The position numbers and the translations under genes were made by a program. Below, piece by piece: positions 27,746-42,359 of a stretch of DNA of 64,000 nt. The DNA is taken from the NCBI RefSeq assembly GCF_006345805.1, contig NC_043002.1:28520001-28584000 (forward strand), in the 5' to 3' direction. The notes under the pieces are model-generated. The model saw only the letters and a list, made by a program, of their open reading frames with translations. It was not told the DNA's origin and ran no database searches. How positions within the stretch are numbered: position 1 is the first letter of the stretch; the number at the start of each line of letters is the position of its first letter. The DNA comes from Octopus sinensis. Its lineage: Eukaryota.

Positions 27746-28926
27746 GCAACAACAACAACAGCAGTAACAATGCAACAGTGATAAGTTCTTCAAGTTCCAG
27801 AGGAAACTGCCATATGAAGATTCATTTGCTACAAGAGTTCATGGAATATAAGTTCGTTGTTGGCTAGAGTAAATGTCCCCTCCTTTTCCTCCTCCTTCAT
27901 TCTCTTCTTTTTAACGATTATACCTTCATTCCGTCCCACCTCCTACCACCACCACCACCACCACAACAACAACAACAAGAACGACACTATCACTGCCGTT
28001 GCTGCTGCCATCACCGCTACCACATCTAACCTTCTAACCGCCAAACCATTGCCAAACACCACAAAACTTCCATTGGTTTATCTGACGTAACAATTCTGCC
28101 AAACTTTGAGTGTTTGTCTATTTTGTTTCTGTTTTATGTTTGTATGTTTGTTTGTTTGATGATTATGTTTGTTTGATGATTTCTTGTTGGATTATAATTC
28201 TTTTCTTTCGTTTTCCCCCCTCTCTTTGTTTGTGATGAGGGGGTGGAACGGAACGATGATTTTTTCTTTTACTTTTTGTTTGGAAACTCTTTTTGCAGAA
28301 TATTTATTGTTAATGTTGTTGATGTTGTAGGAATAACGTTGTGCTTTTTTATGTAATTGTTTGTGTTATTGAAGGAGGTGAAGGACTGGAGGTTAGTGGA
28401 AGGGAAAAGAGAGAGAAGGGAAGGTGGGTCGGGAAAGCTTTTTTTTTTTTTTTTTAAAAAAAGCAGAAAATGGTAAGAACAACAAAAATAAGGAAAAAAA
28501 CGTTAAAGAAATATTGAAAACGAGATAACTTCAATTGGATGCTAAACTATAGCAGTGGTCCTTTGTGATGTAAGATAACAAACCACAATGGAACAGAGTA
28601 ACTGGTTCTGGTAGAGAACAATAATGACAACAATTGGACGACAACATCAGCAACAGCAACAATAATAACAACAACAACAACGACAACAACGGTGACTACA
28701 ACATCAGCAACGGTAGCTAGAAAGAAAGAAAGAAAGCAACATCAACAACAGCATCAAATGTTAAAAAATAAAATTATTTGAATGATAATAATAATAATAA
28801 TAATGTGAAAATAATAGCGACAGTAAATAGCGAAAGCAGCAATATCAAAAACAACTCTAGAACAACAACAATAACAGGAACGATTACAAGAAAACTAGTA
28901 ACAACAGTAACAAATGGCTCAGTTAC

Positions 28927-28997
<71 letters not shown>

Positions 28998-31900
28998 CAA
29001 CAATAACAAATAGCTCAGTTGCAATAATGATAATAATAATAACGATAATAATAATAATAATAATAATAATACTACTACTAATAATAATAATAATAATAAT
29101 AATAACAATAACAACAACAACGACAACAACTACAAGAATAATGGCATCAAGACTCCGCAGAACAGTAACACGGATACAAAGCCAACGTTGTAACGACAGC
29201 GACAATGATATACAATATAGCTACAATAAGAACAGCAATATAAAATAGATAATTGACTATAACAATATTTGCATTAACAATTAGGTGAGCACCAACAATA
29301 ACAAAAACATGACCACCACTATCAACAATAGCAACAACAATACAGCAGCAACGATAGTCATTTTGGCACATGATGACACCTGAGAGTAATTCTATGAGGC
29401 AAGTAGTCCAGCAAGAAATTACAGTCGAGTTTTCTTCAATTACACCCAATGTTAGTTAAATAAGGAAAGAATATATTGAATAATACCTTCGTACTTATTT
29501 CTAAAAAGATAGTTTGGTCACGGTTGGAATATCTATTAATCAATGTCTTGTCAAGTCATGGAATAAAGTAAAACCAGAAATAAAATAAACGGCAACTCTA
29601 ATACGTGATGAATAAAGCAGAGATAGGAGACAGTAAGGGGAGGTAATACCAGGTGGACAGCAATAAGAATATGTCACAAAAATGTGGCTGAGGAAAAGTA
29701 TCGCCATAGAGCAATCTGCCGATTAAATACACATTTAGAAGATCCTTACATATGAGATTCAGTGAGTGGTAAAACTTCGATCCAATGAGATTATCCAAGC
29801 AATTAGTAGATGAAAACACCTCCTCTAAAGGTTTTTGGCTTCAAAAATATCATGCAAAAGAGATAATTCTAATAAGATCAGTTGAAAGAAATTTTTAAGG
29901 ATTATAGACAATGGACGACCATACACATAAAATAAAAGAATATTTCATCTTTTACAAACATAACTTACAACTGATGGATTTTGCACATGAAGCATTTAAA
30001 CAATAGAAAGACCGCTTGGCAGTATCATATGATAAAAACAAATGCCTCTCTACCAAAAAGTGTTACACAGAAGCGATTGAGAAAGAAAGTGACATACCTG
30101 TGTACTGTCAAAGCGATAAATGTTTTTTTTTTCTTGTAGAACATCTAAATGCAGTTCTCGCTGATAATGAAGAGAAACCTTCTACATCAGGCAAGGGAGA
30201 GCATGTAATAAAATACGCGTTATTTCTAAGAGACCAGATCAGTTAGTGCGCACACCTGTCCACAGACTAATCCTTCGATTTTCGGGACGAAGAAACATGA
30301 GGGTTAGTCAACATAAAAGACAACGATGACGAATTGCTTTCATCATAGTACAGTATGCACTGACATGACTTTGAGCATTATATGGTCGAGTAGGGGGTCT
30401 CTGTTATGTCATGACATGGCCAATGTCATTGCAGGCTGATGCAAACCTTTGCTAGAAGCCACGTAATTCTAGTAACTTGTTCATAGTCGAGTGGTCAGTG
30501 AAAGCAAATTCCCAACTGAGTTTGGAGAGTGAATTTTAAAAAGACAATAGAATTTTAAAAAGACAATTATGAAATAAGGATGAGCATCCATATCCTGGGA
30601 TGAAGATGGGTGGCATCAGAATTATCAAGTTCAATGAAACATTGGAATTAAGATGCATCAATATTTAATTTTATGCTGGGCTGGTCAGAGCCCGGCTTAA
30701 TAACAGTCGTGTTCTTCACTGAAGTTCCACAAGACAGAGTCAAATGTATACTGCTTCTATGCAAAGTAAACATCTGAAACTTGAGTTAGCAAAGAAGGAA
30801 ATAACTATTTGAACATGAAAATATTGGAATGCAAACAAATCCTTGGCGATGTATGAAGTCGGTGAGAAATGTGTTACACCTTTTCTTTGGCGGATACAAG
30901 GAAAAACTTTGTTGCTTTAGCGGTACACAGTAAGCTTATATTTCTTGTCACGTGTTGTATGACAACTTCAGGTAGGATAGAAGTTGATTCATGAGATAAT
31001 GCAGTCATTTCTTTCGGGTGGGATGGACGATAATGGTAAAAGCATTTCGCGGCTCCAGCCGTTGAAATGCTAAAGAGACGACTTGGCTTGGAATTTCTAT
31101 GGCCAGAAAAATCCTCATGACTGCAAAAATATCCTACCAAATGTTACCTACATATGCACACGCGCGTGCGGACGCACACAATCACACGCATTCATATATC
31201 AAATGCACGTATGCGTGCAAAAATAGCATGCATGCCGTACATGGTACGGTTATATGTAATAGGTATATACATGCATGTGCATACAAAGATCTCACACACA
31301 CATATACAAGTAGGCACACACACACACACACACACACACATAAAAAGACAGTCATATACGTCATGTGTTTGCTCACATTTGAAAGACACGCACAAACATA
31401 CAACAGAAATGCAAAATAACACACTGAGACATTCATACATATATATGCACATACAGTCGTACACACGCAGAAACATAAAGGAAAGCCACAAAGACACACA
31501 CACACACTCAGAAGCAGATGCATAAAATGCAAATACAGTTGACATATACACTGACTCATGCACACATATACTTATATACATATACACGCAGTATCACACA
31601 TAGTGATACTTAAACGTGCGCACGTATTCAGACTCTCACAAAACACAAAGCAACATAAATACAGAGGCCATATATACACACAATTATACACGCCCCACAA
31701 ACACATAAATTCTCGCACACTCACTCTCTCACTTACACACGCACGCACACACAAACTCTCTCACACATACACAGAGGAACAAAGGGTATGTGCAAACCAT
31801 AAATAGTACAAATATATACAAATATACGCACACATGCACACGCACATGCACACACAAAAATATACAGACAGACACGTAGACGTAAACACACATGTAGACA

Positions 31901-33622
31901 CGAACACAATTTACTACATACATGCATACATACATAAATACACACACATGGTTTGGTGAGATGTAAAAGTCACAAATACTCACACCTACTAACGCACATA
32001 CACGCATGCAGGCGCAAATATACATACATATACAGACAGATATGATTTGGTGTGAAATGAATGGCACAAGTACACACACACAAGTACACACACACAAGTA
32101 CACACACACACACAAGTACATACACACACGTACACACACAGGTACATATAACAACGCATATACAAATACAGATTCACATACGCTTATATACAGAAAAATA
32201 TACGGACACACATTTACAGACACATACATACATACACACACACGCACACATACATACATGTACGTATGCTGATATCTAATATATACGCATATGCACATAT
32301 ACACACACACACACACTTATGCATACCCAAATACATATGCATATATGTACACACAAACACATATGCATACACACATGTATATTCATATATATGCACAGAC
32401 ATATACATGCGCATGACACAAATACGTATACATACGCACACACACAAACATCGTGGAAGGCTGAGCTGTAAAACCCCCGCGCACACACACACACGCACTC
32501 ACACACATACACACACACATACAAACACACACACAAACATATATACATATGCATGGTTTCATAAGAAGTGGAAGTTACAAATACGCATCTACACACAGAC
32601 GCATACGCATACGCAAATTTACAAATGCACACATACACAAATACACATACAGACATATATACAGACAGTGAGGTTTGGTGAGATGTGAAAGGGCCAAGAA
32701 AAGATAAGTTTGATAAATGTTCCAGCTTGGTCTTTATTATTCATAAAGTTAACCTGAGGAGGTTTTCTGCAAGTTTCTACTTGTATGATTTCATTTCTCA
32801 TAAATTGACAATATCGATGCTACTGTGGTTGTGGTGGAGGTGGGAAAAGACAAATATACGTGATACACAGAAAACACACACACACACACACATACGTAAA
32901 TACATGCATGCATGAGCGTATTGGCATATGTTACCTTATGCATACATATGCATATTTTTAGGGAAGTGGGCGTTTGACCAGCCTCCAGCAAACATATCGT
33001 TTCATGCATTCACTGCTGCTGAAGCTCGTGAGTTCGATGTTGTTGTTGATGATGATGATGATGATGACGATGATGGTGATGATGATGATGATGATGATGA
33101 TGATGGTGATGGTGATGATGATGGTGATGGTGATGATGAATGTGATGATGATGTTGCTGCTGCTGCTGCTGTTGTCGAGAACGCAATATGGCCGGATGGT
33201 TAAGATGTTCGCTTCGCAATCACTAGATCCTGTGTTCGATCCCATTATGTGACAGTTTGAGAAAACATCTTTTACCATTTGAGAAAACATTTTTTTACCA
33301 TTTCCTTCATGAAACGGAAACTGTGCGGGAGATAGCTGATAACTGCCGTTCAAAAGTACAGCCCCATCACACATTCCCTCACACGGATTATTTCTGAGAA
33401 TTACGTTAAGTTTATTCGTTTCTGTGGAATACTCAGCCACTTATTTCAATGGGTAGCTAATTCTGTTGATTAAACAACTGAATGTCTGCAGGTATGACTC
33501 TGTCGTTATGGAGCTCGCTTTGCAACCATTAGGTTTCGGGTTCAGCCCCACAGTCCAACACTTTGGTCAAGTGCTTTCTACTATAATGAACGCAAATTGT
33601 GTGGAAGCCTATTATATATATA

Positions 33623-34119
33623 CTAGCAGTATCGCCCGGCGTTGCTCGGGTTTGTAAGGGAAATAACTATATAAGCATTTTTAGAGAGTTATAGCAAAAA
33701 AATAGCAAAAAAATGCATTAAAAATGGGAAAAAATGATGGTAAATTTTTTTTTAAATCGTTGACTCATCGTAGACATTTTTAGAGAGTTACTTTCCTTAT
33801 ATAATAGTGAAAAAATGCATTAAAATGGAAAAAAATGATGGTAAATTTTTTTTAAATCGTTGACTCATCGTAGACATTTTTAGAGAGTTACTTTCCTTAT
33901 ATAATAGTGAAAAAATGCATTAAAATGGAAAAAAATGATGGTAAATTTTTTTTAAAATCGTAGACTCATCATAGACGCGCGCTAATACCCAGAAGGGCTC
34001 GATATGAATCACGACTATAAGATACCCGGTTTTGGTTAAACTGCACCGAAAAATGTGGGAGTAGTTAGGAATCTAAATCGTAGGAGACAGACACACAACT
34101 TCACTTTTATATATAAAGA
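33623..34119 (-). mobile_element. Non-autonomous Helitron (~500 bp) with an internal ~100-bp tandem repeat x3
   Basis: Minus strand begins A|TCTTTATATATAAAAG and ends in the imperfect hairpin cccgagcaacgccggg plus CTAG|T, inserted at an AT site. Internal unit catttttagagagtta...aaatcgttgactcatcgtaga repeats over ~33676-33975. Confidence 0.9.
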
Positions 34120-34123
34120 TATA

Positions 34124-34423
34124 TAGCAGGAGGAGCGAATCCCTACCATCCTCTAGCAGACAACAGGATCGCGAAACTGACTTAGTTTCGAGCTGGTTGT
34201 CATATCTTCAGTCGCGAGCACCTTGTCACCAGAGTGAAAGCTTGTTGCAAATCAGTAACCAATTGCCACTTTGTTTACAATATATTGCTCGCTGGAGCCG
34301 ACCCTGGCTATAGCTCTGGTGACCAGCTGCTCGCAAATGAGGATCAGCCAACCAGCTCGAAACTGTGTCAGTCTCACGATCCTGTTCTCTGCTAGAGGAT
34401 GGTAGGGGTTCGCTCTCCCGCTA
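34124..34423. mobile_element. MITE with ~110-bp imperfect terminal inverted repeats
   Basis: The left arm tagcaggaggagcgaatccctaccatcctctagcagacaacaggatcg...gtcaccagag is mirrored by ctctggtgac...cgatcctgttctctgctagaggatggtaggggttcgctctcccgcta; TA-rich flanks. Confidence 0.85.
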
Positions 34424-34766
34424 GCAATATATATTGTATATAAAGAGTGCAGTGTCGCACCGATAATCAGCTGGCGGAAGATCTACCTGGTGTTATACTC
34501 GTAGTAATATAGAACAGCCACTTTAATATGGCAATTAAATTTACGTATATATATATAAAACAAAGGGATGTGGATCCGAGTCCCACGCGGATAGGAAAAC
34601 CTTCTTTTTTCTGTCGAGGGCTTATATGACGCTTTATTAGACTATTTTCCTTAGTCAATGCACGGTGATCGCCATAAGCTTTAACCATATATAAAAATAC
34701 CATTATTATTATTTAGAGGATTGTAAAACACGGCACCGTTTATAAAAAAACCATTCGCATGTATAC

Positions 34767-34798
<32 letters not shown>

Positions 34799-35954
34799 GT
34801 GTATGTGTGTATGCATGTATGTACGTATATATGTGTATATATATGTGCGCGTGTGCGTGTATGTTTGTGTGTATACACATTTGTATGTGTGCGCACGCAC
34901 GGTGAATGCGTGTGGTTTGTGCGCAAATGTTTGCATAAATATGAGTCTTTAATTACACAAGCACAAAAACATGTACACACATACACACACACGCATTCAA
35001 GCATATACATAGGCGCATGTGTGAGTGTGTGTGTGTGTGTCTGTGTGCGTGTGTGTCTGTCTGTGTAAACATATGACAAACTTGAGCAGATACTATTGCT
35101 TAGATATTTACCTGATCTCACTTCAACGAAATATAGAAACCTCCACCTTTTCTTCCTCCTCCTCTTTCTCCCCTCCTTCCTCTTCTTCCTCATCCTATCA
35201 TTACAATTATAATTTCCAAAGGCATGCATTGCTGCAATCTCAACTAGATTTTCTCCAACCAATTTTAAAACTGAACCATTTTTCTTCACTCTTTGACAGT
35301 TTAAAAAAACTCGTCTAATTTCTTTTTGTTACCACAAAAAATAACAAAATTACTTCGTACCAAACTCGCTTCTCTTTGATAGAAACTTTTCGCTAAGGAA
35401 TTTCTGTTACCAAGACTTTGACATTTTTAAAGAAAATCTTTCAAGTGTGCGATTAGGACATAAAACAAAAATACAAGAGAGAAAATTTAAAAACAAAATT
35501 TTATTATCAAAGTGTCTCCAATAACGAAGAAAAAACATAATTTCCTGACTATATTTAATTTTTTCTATCAATCAAAGTAGCTATTCGTTATAGTATAGAG
35601 ATAGATTTTTTTAAATGAATGCTTAAATGCGGTTTCGATTCCCTGTAGAAACAGAATAATTTACAAGACCATGATGGTTTTTCGCAAGATACAGACGGTA
35701 CGGTAACTCTTGACGTTCTGGATATTTTTGATAACTGTTACATTGTTGTTGAGTGTTTTTTTTGTCTGTCCAAAGTATTTTCGTAAGTATTTCCTTCAAG
35801 CTTGATACACCGGAAGTATTTCTAGAGTGGACACTTGCTAATGAGTTTCGAATGATTGTTATGAAGTATCATCATTGATGAAAAACCCATATTCAAATTA
35901 CTGGTGCTAGCTCTTTGGTCTAAATAAATAAACATCAACCCACAATTTATTGGT

Positions 35955-36085
35955 GCAGCTGTGGCGGTGTGACTCAGATGTTTGCTTAACAACGTAGTTT
36001 TGTGTTCGACTCCATTGCGTAACACTTGAACAAGTGTCGTCTACTATATCCTAACATCAACCAAAACTTTATGTGAAATTTCGCA
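35955..36085 (+). mobile_element. Family-2 SINE head (old)
   Basis: gtggcggtgtg...tgtgttcgactcc..ttgaacaagtgtcgtctactatat; similar remnants at ~33183-33270 and ~33495-33590. Confidence 0.6.
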
Positions 36086-38034
36086 CACAGAATCTATCTT
36101 TAAGCTCATCAAAGAAGTTGCACTTTTTCCTAGGTGATAGACGTAATTCATCACCCAGTTTAACACTTGACCCTTGGGTTTGTTTACATGGAGTAATTCT
36201 GTTGCAGATATCAAGGTTAGTAACTTGTGTAAGGAAAACGTCCGCCATTACCCTGAAGCCTTGAAATCTCTCTGAGAGGTCTCAAATATTAACTACAACA
36301 GAAATTGTAAATAGAAATTACGATAAGATTTCCAAGTGTCGCCATGAGAGTAAATCATATCTTTTCAATTATAATAAAGCACTATTCTACAATCTCTAGA
36401 TCACCTAACTATGCGAAACCAAAGGAATCCTGAAGCAATTCGCCCCATTTCCGGTGTATAATTTTATAATAATGGCGTTAAGCATCTTCGAACCCGATTC
36501 CCGTACATAAGCAACAAATCAAAGATTCGTCTCTTAGACATGTTTCATGATAAAACAACTTGGCATTAATGCAAATGGAAAATTCAGAATCTTTTCTTTT
36601 TCAAACTAAAGGAAGAAGGATCTACTACGAAAGGCAAAAGTAGAATACTTTATAAGAATTCTCAATCGGAAATTAAACCAGAAACAATCAAGACTGCAAC
36701 GATAAACAACCTGCTCTATACCAATTATGCCATAGTACTGGTGTTTGAAAATTGTAAACAGCGAAAGCGCTTAACACACTACCAGAACTTCCTTCCAAAA
36801 GGTTAACGTCTTTCAGGGTTGTCTTTTTAAAGAATTTTGATGTCATTAATAATTTTTAATTAAAGCAAATCTTTCTACGAGTATAGATACATATGTATAT
36901 ATCTATGGATGGATGCATGCATGCATGCATGCATGTATGTGTGTGTATGTATATGTATATGTATGTGTACATGTGAATGTATTTGTGTGTGTGTGTATGC
37001 ATTATGTGTGCGCGCTTCTGTACTGTGCGTGTGAGTACGTGTGTCTGTGTGTGTATTATGTACGCCTGTATTGTGCATATATGTATGTGTGCGCGCCACT
37101 GTACTGTGCGTGTGAGTGCGTGTGTGTGTGTCTATGTGTGTGTGCGTGTGTGTGTGTGTATCTTATATATATATATCTTTGCAGGATATATATAATCGTA
37201 TATAATAGATGTAAACAAGGCCCCTTGAGAAATTTACTCTTTATCAAGATACAACCACTCACTTGTCACTTTCACTGTCAGGAACCCCGCCAACCATTGA
37301 TTGTTCGTTACACACACGTAACCGCCGAGGCTATAATCCACCCATTGTCATATAAATTAAAGAGATAAATACTTTAAAATTCCAAGCACGAATGATTATC
37401 TAAATGCCATGTTATTACCAGTTCAAATATGCTTGAGGTACGTTCGAATTGGAGAACAAACTATTCACTGTGTTTTGTTATTGAGAAAATTTCTCACTGT
37501 ATACAAATGGTATCGACACACCTAAATCAGTTTGCAGTGCCACGTACCTAGACTGTGAGCTGCCAGCATTTCGGAGCAGTTGTCTCCTCTTCTGCCGCAG
37601 ACACCATGTAGGTGACGCTGCGAACTGATCAAATTTTGATATTTTGATGTTGTTGTGGAGGTGGTAATGGTGGCAGCTATGGTGGCAGCTATGATGGTAT
37701 TGATGATGTGGCAATGGTGGTGTTGATGGAGATGGTGCTGCTGCTAGTAGTTGTGGTGGCGGTTGTAGAGTTTGTGCGAGATCTAGTAGCAGGTGAAATA
37801 GTGGTGGTGATTGTGGTGATGGTGGAGTTGTTTATAATAGTAGTAGTTGTATTAGTCATAGAAGTAGTAGTAGTTGTTCTATTAGTGGTGGTGGTAGTTG
37901 TTGGTGTGTTAGTAATGATGTTTGCTGGTGGTGGTAATTGTAGTAGTTGAAGTGGTGTTGTAGTTTTTCTTCTTGTGGTGTTGTTCATGTTTTGCTGATA
38001 TTGTGGAGGTACTAGTGGTGTCGCTGCTGCCGTG

Positions 38035-38076
<42 letters not shown>

Positions 38077-38933
38077 ATAGTAGTAGTAGTAGAGGACAAG
38101 GAGGAGGAGGAAAGGGAGAAGGAGAGGGAAAGTGAGGATGAAGTGGAGGAGGAAGAGAAGCTGGTTGTAGTGGTAGTGACGGTGGTAGTAATAGTAGTTG
38201 TTTTTGTTGTAGTTGTAGTAGTAGTGGCGGTAGTGGTGATTGTGGCGGTTGTAGCGGTGGTGGTGGGGAGTGGAAGTGGAGCTTGTCGTTTTCAATGGCA
38301 GTAGATAATGTGTGTGTGTGTGTGGTGTGTGTGTGTGTGTGTTTGGTGTGAATAATGGTAGTAGGGTTTGTGATTGAAATGGTTGTAGAAATGGAGGATA
38401 GATTGTGAGTGATGATCATAAATAAAGATGGTGTAATTGTGTTCGTACTGAGTGTAACGTTGGCCACTCATCATGATAATGAAGGTGATGGTGGTGGTGG
38501 TGGTGATGGTGATGGTGTAGGCGCAAAGGACGGAATGTAAAGTAGAATGATGTCGATTGTGCGGAGGCAGAGGAGGAGACGGAAGGATCGTGGTGGTAAT
38601 GATGATGAAGAGGAGGGAATATCATGATAATCATGATCATGGTCGTCATCATCATCACCATCTAACCTTCATCATCATCGTCATCATTCACATCATCAGC
38701 TTCTTCATGAAGATCTCGGCGATGAAAACGACAACGATGCCGATGATAATGATGGAAATGGTGTTGATGATAAGATATGAAAGAGATGAAAGATGGTGAT
38801 GGAGTGAGGTGAGAACGTATACAATCATGGTGGAGGTTGGTGTATTATTAACAAATCGCTAAGTATGAAAATAAAAGACTGACAATAGATGAGAAAGATA
38901 AATGAATTAGAAACTCATGTCTTCTCCTACATG

Positions 38934-38975
<42 letters not shown>

Positions 38976-39056
38976 CATATATATATATATATATGTATGT
39001 ATGTATATATATACATACACACATGTTTATATGTATATGTATGCATATATCGATAC

Positions 39057-39142
<86 letters not shown>

Positions 39143-39827
39143 TAATAATGTGTGTATGTTTACCTTCCCACGTACACTTATATATGTCCATATCTACGTA
39201 ATAATATTTATATTCACACATAAAACATAGAAGGGCTGAACTGACAATCGACAAATACAACTGAAGCCTAAACCATGGGAAAATAGCTGGGTAGAAAATA
39301 ATCTGATTTGGACTATGAAACTAAGAACTATTTTAAGGATGCCAGCTGGTGGGGTTGAGGGGGGGTGTGAGTGTTAGAGACAGGAATAGTGGTGAGAGTT
39401 TTCTAGTTCGAACTATATGAAAGTGTGGGTTGTGTAAGGGGAAAGAGGGGGAACAATGAGAATATTTGAATAAATAACTTTAAGGAGTTATAATGTTAAT
39501 TTTATCAAAATCTTGCTTGTCATGTGATAAAATTTTGAACACGTGTCATTGAGGTATGTGTTCATGCATGTATACATGTATGAGTGCGTGTGTGTGTAAG
39601 TTTGTGGGCATGTGTGTATGCGTGTGTGTGTGTGTATGAATGTGCGATTGCAAACGGATATATTATCAAAATGGTGCTTGATGTTTTTTAATATGAATTG
39701 ATTTTGTGTATATGATGTATCTATTATTCTGTAAGTGTGTATATCTGTTGTTGTGTGCATCTGTGTGTGCATGTGTGCAACTCTTGTAGATGTGGTGTGG
39801 CTTGTGCGCATGTATATTATTTTATTT

Positions 39828-39868
<41 letters not shown>

Positions 39869-40016
39869 TATATATATATGCATATATATGTATGCATATA
39901 TATCTATATATATATATATATATTATATATATATATATTTATGAACAGTTATATATATTTCATATACATATATGAAATATATATATATGTGTGTGTTTTA
40001 CACGTATAATTATATG

Positions 40017-40050
<34 letters not shown>

Positions 40051-40139
40051 TGTATATGTGCGCATGGATATCGACATTTTAATCAAAATATAGCTTGTTA
40101 TAATGATGGAATTGTGCTGATCATGATTATGCATTTATA

Positions 40140-40189
<50 letters not shown>

Positions 40190-40619
40190 CTGGATTTGTT
40201 TTGTTAATTTTAGCCTTAGAGAGGGACAGTCCGATGAATATTTATACCAACAAACCCCCCCACCTCATATCCTCACCACAATCATATAACAACAATTTTA
40301 AGAAGTGGCAGGTGAGTGAAAGGCGGTGGAGACAGCAAAAGATTTGCTAAAAATGGACAAAAAAAATTAGAAAATTATAGAAACTTGAATAAATATTCAT
40401 TTTATAAGAATTTATCATTTGAATGAATAACTCTTTCAAATAATTTGCATTTGTAAATATGTAAATAATTTATAATGTAAATATGAATAAAGAATTGAAA
40501 CAAATAGCAATGCGAACCTCTATATATATACACATACATACATATATATATATGTATTATGTGTGTGTATACATATGCATGAACATATATATATATGTAT
40601 ATATATATACGGATATAAA

Positions 40620-40695
<76 letters not shown>

Positions 40696-41096
40696 TATAT
40701 ATATATATAATTTTTTTCTGGTAAGAGGAACATTTTTATATTTCGATGTCTAGATTTTTCATGTGTCTTTTGCTCTTTTTTATGTTTATTTTCGTTTCGT
40801 TAAGTTGAAGTTTTCTCGCTTGTTTTTTTGCTTTTTTGGGGTTTTTTTCTTTAGTCTTTCAAATTATTTCATTCTCCGAAAAGGAATTAAAATTACACTT
40901 CTATTTTTTATTTTCTCCCCCCTTTTTCTTTTTCTTTTTCATTATCAATGTAATACCTTATATTATCTTGTCTATGTATATAAACGGGTGCATGCACAAA
41001 TGTTGGACTTTTTACACACACACACGATTACATATAAGCATAGGTGCAAGTAGAGTAATAGTGTATATCATATATATATATATATATATATCTATA

Positions 41097-41130
<34 letters not shown>

Positions 41131-41354
41131 GATATATATATACATATATACATAACATATATAAACATGTATATATATATATTACATACGTATGTATATA
41201 TATATATTATATATAATACATATAAACTGCTCCTAATCTACTAGTTATACAATATGTTAGAATTATTTCTCATATTGCAATTATCTTGATTGCTTGTCAC
41301 TTTCATCATTTGCAGCAAGTTTCAAATATACATAAATATCATATAATATATAAG

Positions 41355-41406
<52 letters not shown>

Positions 41407-41747
41407 GCATGTATGGGTAGTATATGTATATATATGTATATACATATAGTGCATATATATATATACTTATTTATATATATGTATATATTTATATATTTGT
41501 GTGTGTGTACGTATCTGTGTATGTATGCATGTATGTATATATATGTATATATAATTATTGCTTAATGTTAGGAATCTTGTGAAAACATGAATCATACTGA
41601 AGGACGTATCTCTAGGGTGTTGTTAATATGTATTATGCATATGCATAAATGCATATATATGTATGCATATGTGAGTGTGCTTGTGTGTGTGTGTGTTTGT
41701 ATGTATGTGTATATACATATATGTATAATATATACACATATAAAGAT

Positions 41748-41780
<33 letters not shown>

Positions 41781-42073
41781 GATATATATATATTTATTTA
41801 TTTATATATACATATATATAGAGAGAGAAGCATGAAAAATATACTTCGGTTTGAACCTTTTGAAATATTTATATATGCTTCAAAAACCATCAGTAAATAT
41901 GCTTTAAAAGATAACAATATAAATATCTTTAAATCACTGAAATATATGTATGTATATAGTGGGTATGTAGGTATGTATGAATGTATATGTAAGTATCTAT
42001 ATATATATATATGTAAGTATGTATATATATATGTAAGTATGTATATATATATATATATATATATATAAGTATG

Positions 42074-42105
<32 letters not shown>

Positions 42106-42204
42106 ATATATAATGTATATATATTACATACGTATATATATTATATATATTTATATATACTGCTCCTAATCTACTAGTTATACAGATATGTTAGAATTAT
42201 TTCT

Positions 42205-42250
42205 AACTGTCCGATGAAAAGCAACGGGAACTCGAGTAACTGGTTTTGTT
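42205..42250 (+). ncRNA. Degenerate minimal type I hammerhead ribozyme motif (CCGATGA core)
   Basis: aactgt-CCGATGA-aaagcaacg-GGAA-ctcgag-TA-actggttttgtt, with palindromic stem III; homologous to the better copy at 63052-63106. Confidence 0.5.
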
Positions 42251-42301
42251 GAATGTTCTGCGCTGCTTTAAATAAAGTATATATATATATATATATTAGA
42301 T

Positions 42302-42359
<58 letters not shown>

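Noticed and set aside
29460-31140. Possible ancient retroelement coding remnant (GFWLQKY-like word)
   Set aside because: Too degenerate to support without a database search.
33676-33975. Regular repeats as a CRISPR-like array
   Set aside because: Contiguous tandem units without unique spacers, inside a Helitron in eukaryotic DNA.
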